NCBI GenBank assembly: GCA_011109175.1
Contig: RDEW01000006.1
Location: 1,386,133-1,450,132 of the forward strand
Origin: Dicyema japonicum
Taxonomy: Eukaryota; Animalia; Dicyemida
DNA length: 64,000 nucleotides
Reading direction: 5' to 3'
The stretch's first letter is position 1, and each line of letters begins with the position of its first letter. Under the pieces are notes generated by a model. The model was not told the DNA's origin. It made no database searches and saw only the letters and a list, made by a program, of their open reading frames with translations. This document shows positions 24,723 to 37,560 of this stretch, in pieces. A program made the translations under genes and the position numbers.

Positions 24723-25370
24723 TATCCAGTTTCCACTGCTACAGAAACAGAGTCCATCCGGAATCAACATAAATGGTGGAAGACGTTAGCTGCAGTTATG
24801 AAAACAGCTCCAATGGAGTGGGGGAGAACAAATTATCCTTTTTCGTGACAGTCTGGCAATGGGCGCCATCTGAGACAGGTGGATCACATGATGACACTCT
24901 AATAGGAAGGGAAAGAGGAGGAACAAACAAAACAAACAACAAATTACCCACATAGCACCACATGGCGGCAAGCGACACGTGGTAATTAATTTAAAGGGAC
25001 TCGAGTCGCCTTAAAAGTTTTTTATATAATATTATTTGTGTAATATTTAAATAATAAAAAAATAGTTTCCCACCAATTTCGTCACTGAATTTTTTAATAT
25101 TAAAGCCTTCCTCGCCGCGTGACGCCATATGGTACTACGTGGCTAATTGGTTAAAGTTTTCTGTTTGTTTGTCTGTTTCTCCTTTTTCTCTTCCTATTAG
25201 AGTAGCGTCATGTGACCCACCTGTCCCGCCCAGTGTTTGGCTGGCACGAAAAAGGATCATTTTCCATCCCCCACTCCACTGGAGGGGTTTCCACAACTGC
25301 AACTATGGACGTTTTTTCCTTTAATGTTGATTCCGGATGGACTTTGTTTCTGTAGAAGTGGAAATAGATA
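24723..25370. mobile_element. Foldback/MITE-like element with ~250-bp imperfect terminal inverted arms
   Basis: 24723-~24980 is the diverged reverse complement of ~25110-25370 (e.g. CTACAGAAACAGAGTCCATCCGGAATCAACAT vs ATGTTGATTCCGGATGGACTTTGTTTCTGTAG), around an AT-rich spacer of ~130 bp. Confidence 0.8.
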
Positions 25371-25374
25371 ACAT

Positions 25375-25530
25375 AACCTGAAGGTCGCTAGTTCGAATTC
25401 TGATACTGTAAATTTCGGTTGAAGGTTCCACGCATCTCTATGCTTTGGCTTGACGAGTGACGCCGTCATCAGTGAACTGCGGAACCGGATCGTCTATATA
25501 GGACATACACCCAACAAAAAGAAAACAAAG
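25375..25530 (+). mobile_element. Putative SINE, copy B (5'-truncated)
   Basis: B-box AGTTCGAATT; shares GAAGGTTCCACGCATCT, ACGAGT..CCGTCATCAGTG, CTGCGGAAC.GGAT.GTCTA and the A-rich tail with copy A. Confidence 0.6.
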
Positions 25531-26010
25531 AATTAAGAGCATAAATCTATCATTGGGACTATTTTCGTAGTCTTAAAAATTAAAATGAGCTTGATTCTAA
25601 TGAACATCCACTAATTCATATACAAACAAAAGAATGTAAGATGGTGAGGGTTTCGAACAAATAATCCAACTTGTACTAGAAATGTTAATTAAAGTCAGTA
25701 TTCCCTATAGCACGTAGGGATAATCTTTATTTCCCTACTAGTGACATAATTATTAATTCTTAGAATGAAATTATCACTTAAATCATCAAGATAACCCAGA
25801 AGACGTCAAGTCTGCTATATAAAAGGTTTAAAGTAGTCCAGATGTTACGAGAGTGTTATCCTCTTTCCCTGTTGAGGCGACTAACCAGATGTCGTTACTT
25901 CTGATGTTCATGAGTTCGAATCATGCTGTACAGTAATTTTGGTTTAATTTGTAGTACCAATTGGTTACAAAAATATGTCCTAATAAAATAAAACAAATTT
26001 AGTAAAAACA

Positions 26011-26887
26011 TCAATCAAAATTCCCAATAAGATACATAAATACAATTCCAACAATAGTCGAACAAATAAGCTTAACAATATCCCTGATAGAACTACAGCC
26101 ATCCTTAGACAAATGTCCGAGCATTGAGACAGTCCCAATGTAAATAAATCCACCTGCCGTAAATGGAATCAATGAATCTCCAATAAAAGTACTTAAATTT
26201 CCAAGCATAAACGACATGAGTGTTCCAATAATTGCCCCAATAGCTGATATAAACTGCAGGAATATAGCATTTCTCTTTGAACAGTTGGCATTAATAAGAG
26301 CTGCAAAGTCCCCGATTTCATGAGGGATCTCATGACACATAATTGCTATTGATGTAGTCATTCCCATAGAGGTACTGTGCATAAATGAGGATCCAATGGC
26401 CAGTCCGTCAGTAATATTATGAGCAAAGTCCCCAATAAAGCTTATATACCCTTGAGAGGTCATCTTTTTAACAGGAATAACTTTTTTCTTGGAATTCCTC
26501 TGACGAGCCTTTTTAGTATTTGTATCATTCTCCACATAAGAATCAGTATATTCTTCAACGTGGCTGAGGGTTTCTCCCAAAAAATAACAAATGGTTTTTT
26601 CGATGGTAAAAAAGGCGTAAAGACCAAAGAGAATGACAAATCCAGGACAAAAGCCGTTAGAATTAGCAAAAGTGTGAGGTATCAAATGGAAGAAAGTGTC
26701 CGCTAACAAACTCCCAGAAGCAAATGCCAACATAATCTATATAATCATCAAACATGTACATCAAGTGACTTTTTGTGTTTAGGAGTATTATTAACATTTA
26801 TGAAAACAAGAATAATTACTGGAGTGTCCCAATTAATATGGCTGATAGAATAGATTGTGTCAAAGGACTATTCAGCAGACTTATCAT
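26011..26887 (-). CDS. ZIP zinc transporter, LIV-1 subfamily (SLC39A7/SLC39A13-like)
   Basis: MLAFASGSLLADTFFHLIPH, GDFAHNITDGLAIGSSF, HEIPHEIGDFA, PFTAGGFIYIGTV; upstream exon from ATG 26887 and one tiny intron near 26737-26759. Confidence 0.9.
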
Positions 26888-28384
26888 ATTGCTGTTCAAA
26901 TTATTATTTAATTATATTAAAGTGAAATTATTATATATATTAGTTATTTTTAATATTTAATAATTAACTTTGGAAGATCTATAAAACTTTGAAAATTTGT
27001 CGATATATAGGCTGACTACGCCCATTGAATGAACCACAAGATGCCTGCCCTTGTCGGTATTTGCTTCCCTTTTGTTACTCTAGAGCACTTGGTTAGCTGA
27101 GGAAATTCTTTTTTTATTTAACCGGGTGATCGTGGGCCAATAAAATAAAGGAATCATATCGAGAAAGCAGTTAATGACATTTACTGTTAGTGATGATCAT
27201 TAAATAGTTGAATATTATTGTTATTTCATGGTTAATGTGAAAAATATAAGTTAACTGCACTTTAATGTAATTTTAGTATAATTTTATTAAAATCGATTTT
27301 AATTTAAAACATATTGTTTGGTCACGATAATTATTACTAATAATTAATATTTTATTGTGACATCTGTTCAACTGATTAGTTTTTCCATGCTTGTTGGATT
27401 AACTGATATTGGAGTTTTCTTAAGATATGGGGTAAGAGTTAATGACTCTATAATTAAGGCTATTTACCATGGAGATCCCCTTATCGTGGCGGACATTAAC
27501 AGTAAATAAATATCATCCCTTTTCCTATTCATGCGATTAATATCATTGGTCGTAGATATTTCAGAGAAAGCTAATACAGAAAATGACTAATATAAAGTGG
27601 AAACCCTGTTATCGTCTTGCCTCTTCAATGTTTTGCTGCAATAGTGAGGTTGTCAGCGTAAAACGAAAGGATGACGTTTCGGGAATATTTAGTACAAAGA
27701 TCGCAAAATTGATAATGTTGGAGATAACGGGAATCCTTGTGGGACTCCGTTTAGATGTATAACAATCTTGATAATTTAATATTATTTGTAGATAAAGGTA
27801 AATTTCAGTGAGACTGAGTAAACGTTATCTCGTGGGAATTATTAGTATTTAGGTCACAGAAATGAATTGAACTAGTTTGGTCAAGTTAGTAGAGGTCGAG
27901 TATCTTGTGTAGAAGCCATGGTGGAAAGCTGATAGTTGAGTGATTGAGGAATTTAAAAAATCAGTTTTTTCCTGAACGCGGGATAGTAACGAGTCCTGAT
28001 GAAATATTTATATTAATTTATGATCGAAAATAACATTTAAAAGACCTCATCTGGAAGCCTGCTAAGAAACCTCAAATTTATGGATATTACTCCAGAACTA
28101 ACCGCAGGAGAAAGCCTGATATGGACACGAGGATCACTTAATTTAAAGGATAATTATTGTCCTCTTTCTTGTGGTTCATGGGTTATTAAATTAACATTAT
28201 TGGTAAACAAATATTAACACGTTTTGAGATATAAAATTTGATTAATGTTATATTGATTTTCTGTTCGTGATAATCGATTCTATATTAACGAACGAGAATT
28301 TGTGATTAAGGTCTTTTTGGCTTAATTTACTTGACAGATGTAGTTACTGTAGATTTTATGGAATATTTTGGGTGAGTCTAATAT

Positions 28385-30200
28385 TTTTTTATTAACCCAA
28401 AATCACCAACAGTTAATTAAAGGAATTAATTAGGTGATTCTGACGACATTGAAGAATCTCCTCAACTTTTCCCGATGTCGGACTTTTGATCCAGCACAAC
28501 TACAGCTACAGAGGCATTGTTTCCCATATATTACTCCAGTGTGATGTATTTTCTATTTCTGCTTTTATTGGTGGAATGGTCTTTCTGTGGTAGGCACTTC
28601 AGTTTTCGAAGAGCTACGAAATCCTTTCCATTCTCGCGGATAAGATAGTCGAGAGTGGAGGGTGATAACCAGTTATGCCAAGTGTTTTATTGACGTAGCA
28701 GCCTGGCGTAGACAGGCTTCGATTTTCAGACAGTTTGTCCATGAGAGGTTTGTTCCCCATTAAACACAGCCATAGACAATGGTCGGCTCGATGAATTGTT
28801 AATATAAGGATACAAGGGGTGGAAAAGGATTCTTTATTAGACCTCCAAATGACGATTTGATCAGTCCGATTTGATCAGTCCCGATGGTCTTTTCAATATG
28901 GGGGAAAACACATATGGGTATCAAATGTGATACCCATAATCTTTGGGTTCTTTGTGAAAGGGATTTTCGTGTTGCCAATGTATAAGCAAATAGATCGGAT
29001 TCCGAGTCTTTTATCCGATGTGAACAGAGTGAACGATAACTTTTCAGGGGAAACGTCCAGACGATTGTGTTTTAGCCAGTTTTGCATTTTTCAAGGAGTT
29101 ATTGGGTTTTTTGTTGTTGCACGTATCACATCTTGATCGAGTGCTTGTACCGACCAATACTTCATTACAGGCTTCCGAAGAGAGGTGGGGAAGTATGTCT
29201 GCCCTCTTCCATTTTTGTCCCACGTCCTACCGTCGCGGACATCACTTCATTCTTTAGCGGAATAGTTTTCATAATGCAATCTTCATCACAGGATTTGGTC
29301 AAGGAGAAAGCTAGGAAGATCCCTTTTAACTACTGTGTCATGCCAGAAGGACTCGTCGCCTCACGGGTGGGATCTGTTTGCCAAGAGATCGTCTGCATAT
29401 GCAAGGGCGATTGTATTTTTGGCTTCCGGATTAGGCAGGTCAGACAGGAACAGGTTGAAAAGGCCCGGAGATAACGGAGAGCTTTGGGGAACTTCATTTG
29501 GTTAAAGTCTTGAGACCGACCTGGATCCATTTATACAAACCCGTCCTCTCCTTCCGCTGAGAAAGTTGGAAAGCCACAGTTTTATGTTGGAATTGACTGG
29601 TAGACCAAATATTTTTGAGTAATGATCTTTCTCGAGACTCAAAAATATTTGGTCTCCTGTGATGAAGATTGCATGAAGATTGCATTATGAAACCTTCTGA
29701 AGGTCGAGAGAGCATATGACTGATTTGAGGTGTTGTTTAGTGTCAAATCCTTCAATGATAAACTGAGTTAATGAGGTAAGGTGTGTCGAAGTAGAGTGGT
29801 TGCTCCTGAAACCATGTTGTAGGTGAGTAAGAGGGATAGCAGGGGTTATCAAACGTAGTATGAGCTTTTCAAGGACCTTCAAGGTTGAGCATAGTAAAGA
29901 GATGGGTCTATAGGAGGAAGGGGCGTTCTTCGCCTTGCTCGACTTGAGAATCGAGCGTATGTGGGAATGTTTCCAGATATTTGGTATTTTATTTTGGCTA
30001 ACGTAGTAGTTAAAGGTGTTCGTGACTGCTTCGATTTCGATGGGACCCAGGTATTTTAACATGATTGCTGGAATCCGGTCCACAGGATAGGGATGATTTT
30101 GTATTGGCAATCTCTGTCGCAACTTGGTTATGTTGATAGGTGAGCTTGATATAAATTAATAACCACAAGTCATTCAATGCAAGAGGTCTAAACCCTACTT
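28385..30200 (-). mobile_element. APE-LINE RT/3' region, same family as 47232-48450
   Basis: IPNIWK, PSSYRPISLL, QHGFRSNHST, NRLDVSPEK, PKIMGITFD; 3' terminus matches 47235-47300. Confidence 0.85.
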
Positions 30201-31559
30201 GTTCAATGTAATATGTCCCCAATTCATTTTGCTAAATAGTATTACTATTTAACCCTCAACAGGCTCACCAAATTTTTGCAGTCTTCTCTCATGGCTCCCA
30301 CTGCTTTATGTAGCCATGATTATACTTTTTCAGCAGACTTCAAGAGGAGTGGGTTTCCTTTGGAATTTATGCGTTTGGGAGCTTCTATTGCTAATCGAAA
30401 AAAAAACGATCAGTTTCGACGCCGCAGAGAGTGAGGAAAGTGACCCATTATTCCGGATTACAGGCTGTTCAAGATAGGAAGGAAGAATTGAGTATGGAAG
30501 TTTGTTATACGGACAATTTTCATTCATAGAAAATTTATTAAGGCGGGAATAACTCGGAATAGACTGTAAACAAGTTTCATTAACAAATATATTCATACTT
30601 TCCTCAAATTATAGGATTTCTGTTGCAAAGGATTTATTTTGTTGCACAAAGTTAACAACAGGGTTACGTGATAAAAGATAGTTCGCCAATTATATTTTTG
30701 AATAAATATTCTGTACACAAAAAGTCAGAACTAGGCTAAACAGAATCGGATCACAGAGGAAAATGATAGGAGAAGGGAGTTGGCTGATTGAGCGCAGTCA
30801 GTGTTAGCTAACTGTTAGTTTTTGTCTTTTATTTGTTTGTTTGTCCAGCATAGTAATGACATCAAATTGACATTATACAAATTGTAATCAAAATTAAAGG
30901 TTGACTGTGATTACCACTCATTGTAATATTATTTGAATGTTGACTATATGGGTAACCATGATTATCGCTAATACATCATTAAAACTTATTATTAGCTCAA
31001 AGAACACAAAAAAGACATTAAGTTTACTGATTAAATGATCTCAAGAATTGACAAGACGGACGATTATAATCTTGACAATTTTCCAATGTTTTTGTACTCA
31101 CATTGTTTTTTTTCAAATTAACATTGTTCTTATTTATGAGCTGTAAAATCTCATGCTAACAAAAATAATTGCTATGAATGATAAAAACTGCAAAAAAGAC
31201 CCAGTTCAGATTCACAAATACCAGGTGCCCCAATCTATATAAAAAATCACAAAATCAAAAGTTCGACATTACTTACTAATTTCCCACAAAGATAGCACAG
31301 CTGACACCCTAAAACTATAAATGAATAAAAATGAAAAAAATTTAAATACCACAGTAAAACCACACTAACTAATAACACATTGTATCAGTTACCTCATCTT
31401 GACTCAATGTCCCTTCCTTAAAGCCACAGAAGGGTTGGTATTAATTTGTGGTTTTACTAACTATATTTAGTGTTAAAATAAGATAATACTGATAAAATAA
31501 TTAATATTAATAAATAATAATAAATTGTTTTAATTAGCGTGTGTTGTGCTTTGTGGAGA

Positions 31560-32667
31560 ATGACAGCAAAGAGCTGTTCTAGAATATACGCTGATGTTCT
31601 TGTTGACAAGGTGGAAGAGTACTGGGACTATGAATCAACCTCCATAACATATGGGTACTTGTATTTCTCTATTGAAGGTCTCCAGAGAAATACAGAATCA
31701 TTAAGAAGATTGGGAGAGGAAAGTACAGCGAGGTCTTCTACGGAAGCAATGTCACCAACAGTGGAAAGGTTGTAATCAAAGTCCTTAAGGTAAATGATCT
31801 CCTAATCCCAGCCAATTCGCTACAGCAAGATTCAGAGGGAAGTCCACATCCTAAAAAACGTTTGCGAGCACGAAAACATAATAAAGATGATTGAAATTAC
31901 AAACTCTAAGGAGGTTTGAGTTCAAATTCATTAAAGGGTCACCGAGCCCTTATATTTGATTATGTCCCGCACGACCCTAAGGCATTCGACAACCCCACTC
32001 TGGGAGAAATTAAACTGTACATGTTCCAGCTACTAAAGGCCCTGGACTATTGTCATTCTCGTGGGATTATGCACAGAGACGTGAAGCCCCAGAATTTAAT
32101 TTTTAACCGTGACCAACAGCGAGTTGTGAGTGATGTGACTGTAGTTGTACCTGTTGGACTTTGGATTGGCTGAGTTTTACCACAAATACCAGGAATACAA
32201 TGTGAGAGTGGCCTCCAGACACTACAAAGCACCGGAACTGTTACTGAATTACATGATGTACGACTATTCTCTGGATTTGTGGGCCACTGGGTGTTGGTTG
32301 GCAGCTCTATTGTTTGGGATTGACCCCTTCTTTAATGGGAAAGACAATTTGAACCAGGTAGTTATGGTGGAGACTCCAGTTGGTGAGGATTGAGAGAGTG
32401 TTGGGATATACTGAGCTCCATAATTATTTGGTGAAGTACAACATAGATTTGGATAGGAAGATATCAGCGGCTTTGGCTAGAAAGTTGGTGGTGGTTTTAT
32501 GTAGGCATAATCGGAGACCTTGGCAAGAGTTTATAACGGAGTCTAATTATTCATTGTGTGATCATGATATTATCCATCTGGTTGATTCTCTCCTTAAATA
32601 TGATCATGCTGAACGACCAACTGCTTCTGAGGCTCTTCAGTTCACAGTATTTAATGGAATGTCATAA
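31560..32667 (+). CDS. CSNK2A: Casein kinase II catalytic subunit alpha-like (divergent)
   Basis: [87 protein letters not shown]; six tiny introns. Confidence 0.93.
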
Positions 32668-33469
32668 CACTTTCTTGTTTGTATTTGATAGTTTTATTTA
32701 TTATCCATTTTGATAGGGAAATAGGTTTTCATTATTATTTTTGGGTATACTCACTAATGTTACAGCTCTGTTTGGAATTATGATAAATATACAATTGCGG
32801 ACTTTCAGGTTGTGAGTTTTACACGATTTTACTACCCGCCGGTATTTCTAAGATAAAAGTAAAATTATTCCAAATACCAATGGCAAACCAATCTAATTCC
32901 TTGATCTGACGCGTTCCATCAGAACCCTCACCTAAGAACACTGATCTAGAAGACGCTGTCCGGGGAAATGAGGTCGATTCCAGCACTCGTCGCCAGGGAA
33001 CGAAATTGTATTTCAATGGATCCTTTTGAATGCTGGACCGACATTGGGCGTCTCCTGAGTAAGGGGATCCAATGACGCTATAAGAGGGAAGGAAAATAAA
33101 TTTTAAATCAATTAACATAGCACCACTTGGCGCCACGCGGCATCTAATGAAATGATCGCCCACCAACCATACCTATCGTTTCGAACTGCAGTTATCCAGT
33201 CAGGGAAATCCTGGTCACCCTTCTGGAGTTTCTTCGGACACAGTATTTTACGAAGCTTGCAGTGGAAATAAGCAGGATTTCCAATCCCAGATGATGCCTC
33301 GAATCAGAACAATTTTCTGGCTAAGGCAACGAGTCGGGATTTCCCTATACGCAATCCTATCTGTAAAGGCTTAATTTTTTATATTAAAAACGTGCTATAT
33401 TGTTGTGTTGATTTTCGCCTATAAAGATTTTCCTCCTATTCTTGACTTTCACCTATTGTTGATTCAGTG

Positions 33470-34739
33470 GAATGTTACTCGAAAAGTCATCGTCCAATTG
33501 CTCTTCCTGCAACATGAGCAATTTGAGAAAGTTCGGAATTTCTTGTTCTGCCTGTGGAGGCTTCTTTCACCTCAGATGTTTGAAGCTCTCTCAGGCCTCC
33601 ATCCGCGCCTTGGGATATGGCACTGCCGTTCGTGCCTTGGAATTGGCTGAGGGTTTCCTAATGGTCACGCGAGTGCATACACCTCCGGAGAAGACCTTTC
33701 CCAATTGAATCCAGATTCGCTACTCAAACTTATCAATGAACGCCGGACATCGAGGAGTATCCCGGAAGATCCCAAAAGCAGCATGCTCCCTAGCTGCCGA
33801 AGCCTTAACCAAAGCAATTGACGATGCTCTCCACTCCGACTCTATAAACGACTGGGTACGTTTGTTTAATTTTGCTCCTTTTGCACTTGGCTCCCCGAGA
33901 TCGCAATGGGAATCAGTCTCTCGATTGAATGAAGAACAACATCCGCGCATTTATGGATAGTACTCACTTTACGTACCTCCGTCCTTTTCATCCGTTCAAC
34001 TGAGACTCGGAGTTCAACTCGGGAAACGGAGATTTTTCGTCTAAGAAGGACTGTACGATCTAAGTTGCTTGAAGGAAAACCCGATCCGCATTGAAGGCCC
34101 TCTCACTCTCGGGCAGACCACGCAATCCAACGACTGATACTTACAAGATTCTATTGGAGAAGCATCCACCCTCTCCGAACGTCACTGTTCACCCCCATCA
34201 AAAGTGACCCTTTGTCCACGTCGCCTGAGAATGTCATCACTGCGTTATGGAACTTTGCACCAAGCAGCAGTGGAGGTCTCGATGGCTTAAGGCCCGGTTA
34301 TCTTAAAGATCTTATTTCACCGACTATTGGAGACCAAGCATGTCGTCTCTCCTTCTCACTCACTTCTCTTATGAACAAGATATTATCTGGACATTTGTCT
34401 GATTTGATACGACATATCTTGTTTTCGGCTAGTCTGATTGGGGGTCGACAAGAAGGGAGGTGGTATCCGTCCATCGCGGTCGGATTCAGTTTCAGGAGAC
34501 TAGCAGCCAAGATTGCTTCCAGATTTTATACGTCAATCTTGTCAAAATCCTTACTTCCCAGTCAAGTTGGAGTCGGAGTTCATCTTGGATGTGAGGCAGC
34601 CGTTCACTCCGTCAGGACATTCAGGAACCGCAGAATTCAAGACTTTAGAAGGCACATTATAGTAAAGCTGGACATCAAGAGCGCTTTTAATAGTTTAAGA
34701 AGAGACTCCATTCTGGAAGCCTGCAAAAAAGATAGATAA
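33470..34739 (+). mobile_element. CRE-like non-LTR element, 5' half with PHD finger
   Basis: CSSC..CSACGGFFHLRC..WHCRSC; FAPSSSGGLDGLRPGYLKDL; IAVGFSFRRLAAK; QVGVGVHLGCEAAVHSVR; IVKLDIKSAFNSLRRD. Confidence 0.88.
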
Positions 34740-34989
34740 TAAAGCCTTTTCACGAGAGCCATAATATTTATAGCTCCGCATAGGCAGGACACACACTTTA
34801 TTTAAGTAAAGAACAGTTAATTTTAACTAATCGTCTTGAAGAAAGCATAACATTGTCTCAGATTGAGGGAAAGAACTCAATGATGATGGCAATATTTCTG
34901 AAAATAATATAATTAATCTTTATTTAAAAGTAAATTAAAGTTAAATTATTAAAAGTATTTTTAAGAAATATTATCTTCATGTTTCGTCA

Positions 34990-37560
34990 ATTTTTTTTGT
35001 TTTTTTTTAAATAATAAACTTTTATTAAGGAAAGAAAAGAGAGTAAACGGTTATATAACGGCTGCCCTGACTGCGTGGATATTCCCTCTCAGGATTGCAA
35101 GCTAAATTCGCTCAAATAACCAGCAGCCCTCACAAGGATCTCCTGTTTGTGCAGCGATCAGATTCCCTAGACGACTCAAGAATTCCAGCGTCGCAGACGC
35201 AAAGGAACCAGAAGTCTCAACGACGAGTGGGACAAACAAAAAATTCTTGGGTAGGACCGCGTACTTTTCCCGTTTAATCTTCTCGGCCTTCTCAGCAGCA
35301 GAACAGGCTCCAGAGGCACTCTGAAATAGGTGCAAGAGGCAAATGTGTCGGTGCAGGTAACTTCCCAGACAAGAGGTTACCCGGTTTCAAAAGGGAAAAT
35401 TGTAATCCCATCTGGTCGTTTCCCGTCTTGCTTGCAAAGACCGACAGGTTCGAACATGGAGGGCTGTCCGACGGCGTCCAAAGCCCGCCTAACGACTTCG
35501 TTCAAGGCCATGTGTCTGGGAAATCTGCCTGCAATCTTCCTGCAGGAGAGAGGGTGTAGGCCAAAACAGTCGATCTGGTCTCCGCGTCGATACGGATGTG
35601 GAACACAGACTTTTGATCCCAGTCGCAATGAGATCCCAATACGGATGCATTCATCATCCAGGAAGGTACCCAGAACTCCATTGGAAATGGTGTTGAGCCA
35701 GGCACCACTCTCGGAAGACTCCCCCGACAACAAACAGGCACGGCGGATGTTGGCTAGATGATACTAGCAAATATTTGAAAGAATTCCAGCAAATAGCATC
35801 GTCCAAGCCCCGCTGAGAGAACGATGAAGGCAGGGAAAGTCGATAAGTGTGGCTCCATGCCTCACGAGAATGGCCGGCGTCTTTGTCAATAGAGAATTCA
35901 GGTAGAGAGTGTAGAATCTTATTGACATGGGAGTTACAGGCCAATAGTGATGTTAGGTATGAAGGGAAAGAAAAATCCACAAAGTTCCGAATTCCAAGTC
36001 CTCTGAGTCTCACTGGAATCGTGGCTTGTTTCCATGAGTAATCCTCGAACCGGACGTTGAAGATACGTTCTGCTGTTGTACGGAAGATCTCGTTAATCTG
36101 TGCGAGTTGGTCACACAGGGTGAAATAGGAAGCAGTCCTCAAGACATATGCAAGCCTCTGTACGTTGAGACTATTTTTCAGGAGAAATAATGTTGTATGC
36201 ATGTCAATTAGACACAAGCGGTTCAGAGTCTCTCCGAGTAACAGTCGTTTTTTACGCATAGCTCTTCCCATTGCATTTATGGTGATCTGAGGAATATGAG
36301 TTCTTCATCGGAACTTGTCTTCTAAAAATCCGCAAATGTAGATTTCGCATTTAAAGTAATTTAATTCCAGTCCAACTTCCGACAGTGCTGGAATTATCAC
36401 TTCCAAATTTCGGAAAACAGTATCCGAGGGTCCTTCTAGGACCGCATCATCCAGATACCATAGATTAAGGGGCGAGCATGGAAGTTTGGTGATTTTCTCT
36501 ATTGTAAGACAAAACAATAGAGGTCCAAGGGGATCTCCCTTTTGCACTCGAGAATAGGGATGGATTAGGTAATCCTCTAAAAGTAAGGATGAAGTCCCTG
36601 GTCTCCTACGGACAAAGAGGTTAGATCCTTCAGGTAGCCAGGTCTCATTCCGTCGAGCCCGCCACTGCTACTAGGAGCAAAATTCCGTATTGCTAGAAGA
36701 ACTTTATCGTTTGATGCAATCACGGAACTCACTCCGGACGGGGGAGCGACTGGACGTAAGTTTTGGGATGGCAGAGGATGCTTGTTCAGTAAAATATTGT
36801 AGGCGTCGGGTGTCGGTTTTCACGGTCCACTTGAGGAAAGTGCCTTGATGGCTGCGCGGGTGCCACCTTCGATTAACTTCGACCGGACAGTTCTTTTGAG
36901 ACGGAGCACTTCGACTTTCTCGTTCTGACCACGTGTCTCCCTCGTACGATTAGAAGCCATGGGACAATTAGGGATGTGGATACCTCCCAAAAAAACGAAT
37001 GTTGGTCCTCATGGTGATAGCGAGAGACTCCTTTCCGTGACCATCTCGATCAAGTCCCAGTGCGGAAGGCGCAAAACTGAATAAACGCATCCAATCATGT
37101 ACTGCGTTAGTCCAGAGGGTATCTTAGATCGTTTTGGAAAAGGCCTCTGCAGCAACAGGCCGTACGGCCTTGGGAATCCTCACAGGGATAGTCCGTGAAT
37201 AACGTAATTCAGAGATGAGACGTAGGAATGTTTCAGGGTCCGTGGTTGATGTGTAATTAACGGGAGAGTTAACATTGGCACGGGCACGGGGAACCTCCCT
37301 GCATAGGCATGACTGGCAGTGGCATACTCCAAGCACGCTCGCTGCGGCTTGGGATAGCTTGATACACCCGAGGTGGAAGAAATCTCAACAAGCAGAACAG
37401 GAGATCTCCACGCTTCCGAGTTCTGACAAGCCGAAAGGACGAACACATCTCAGTTGACTTGGCTGGTACCTTTTTCTTCGAAGTGGGAACATTTTTTTCA
37501 TGTGATTTTCTCACAACAGGCATAAATACAACAACGACCGTCAATTGTCCTTGAAATCCT
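34990..37560 (-). mobile_element. Near-full-length CRE-like element (PHD-RT-zinc knuckle-RLE), internal deletion, poly(A) tail
   Basis: PHD at ~37310-37440; SSSGGLDGMRP; QKGDPLGPLLF; WYLDD; QATIPVRLRGLGIR; RHMALNEVVRRAL; DGKRPDG; KREKYA..FVPLVVETSG; A-rich tail at 34990-35010. Confidence 0.9.

Noticed and set aside
25870-25935. tRNA gene (B-box GAGTTCGAATC)
   Set aside because: No cloverleaf can be formed; at most a decayed SINE or tRNA head.
27380-28130. Possible plus-strand gene with intron-like segments
   Set aside because: No continuous frame or recognisable motif; the 3' end resembles a LINE terminus.
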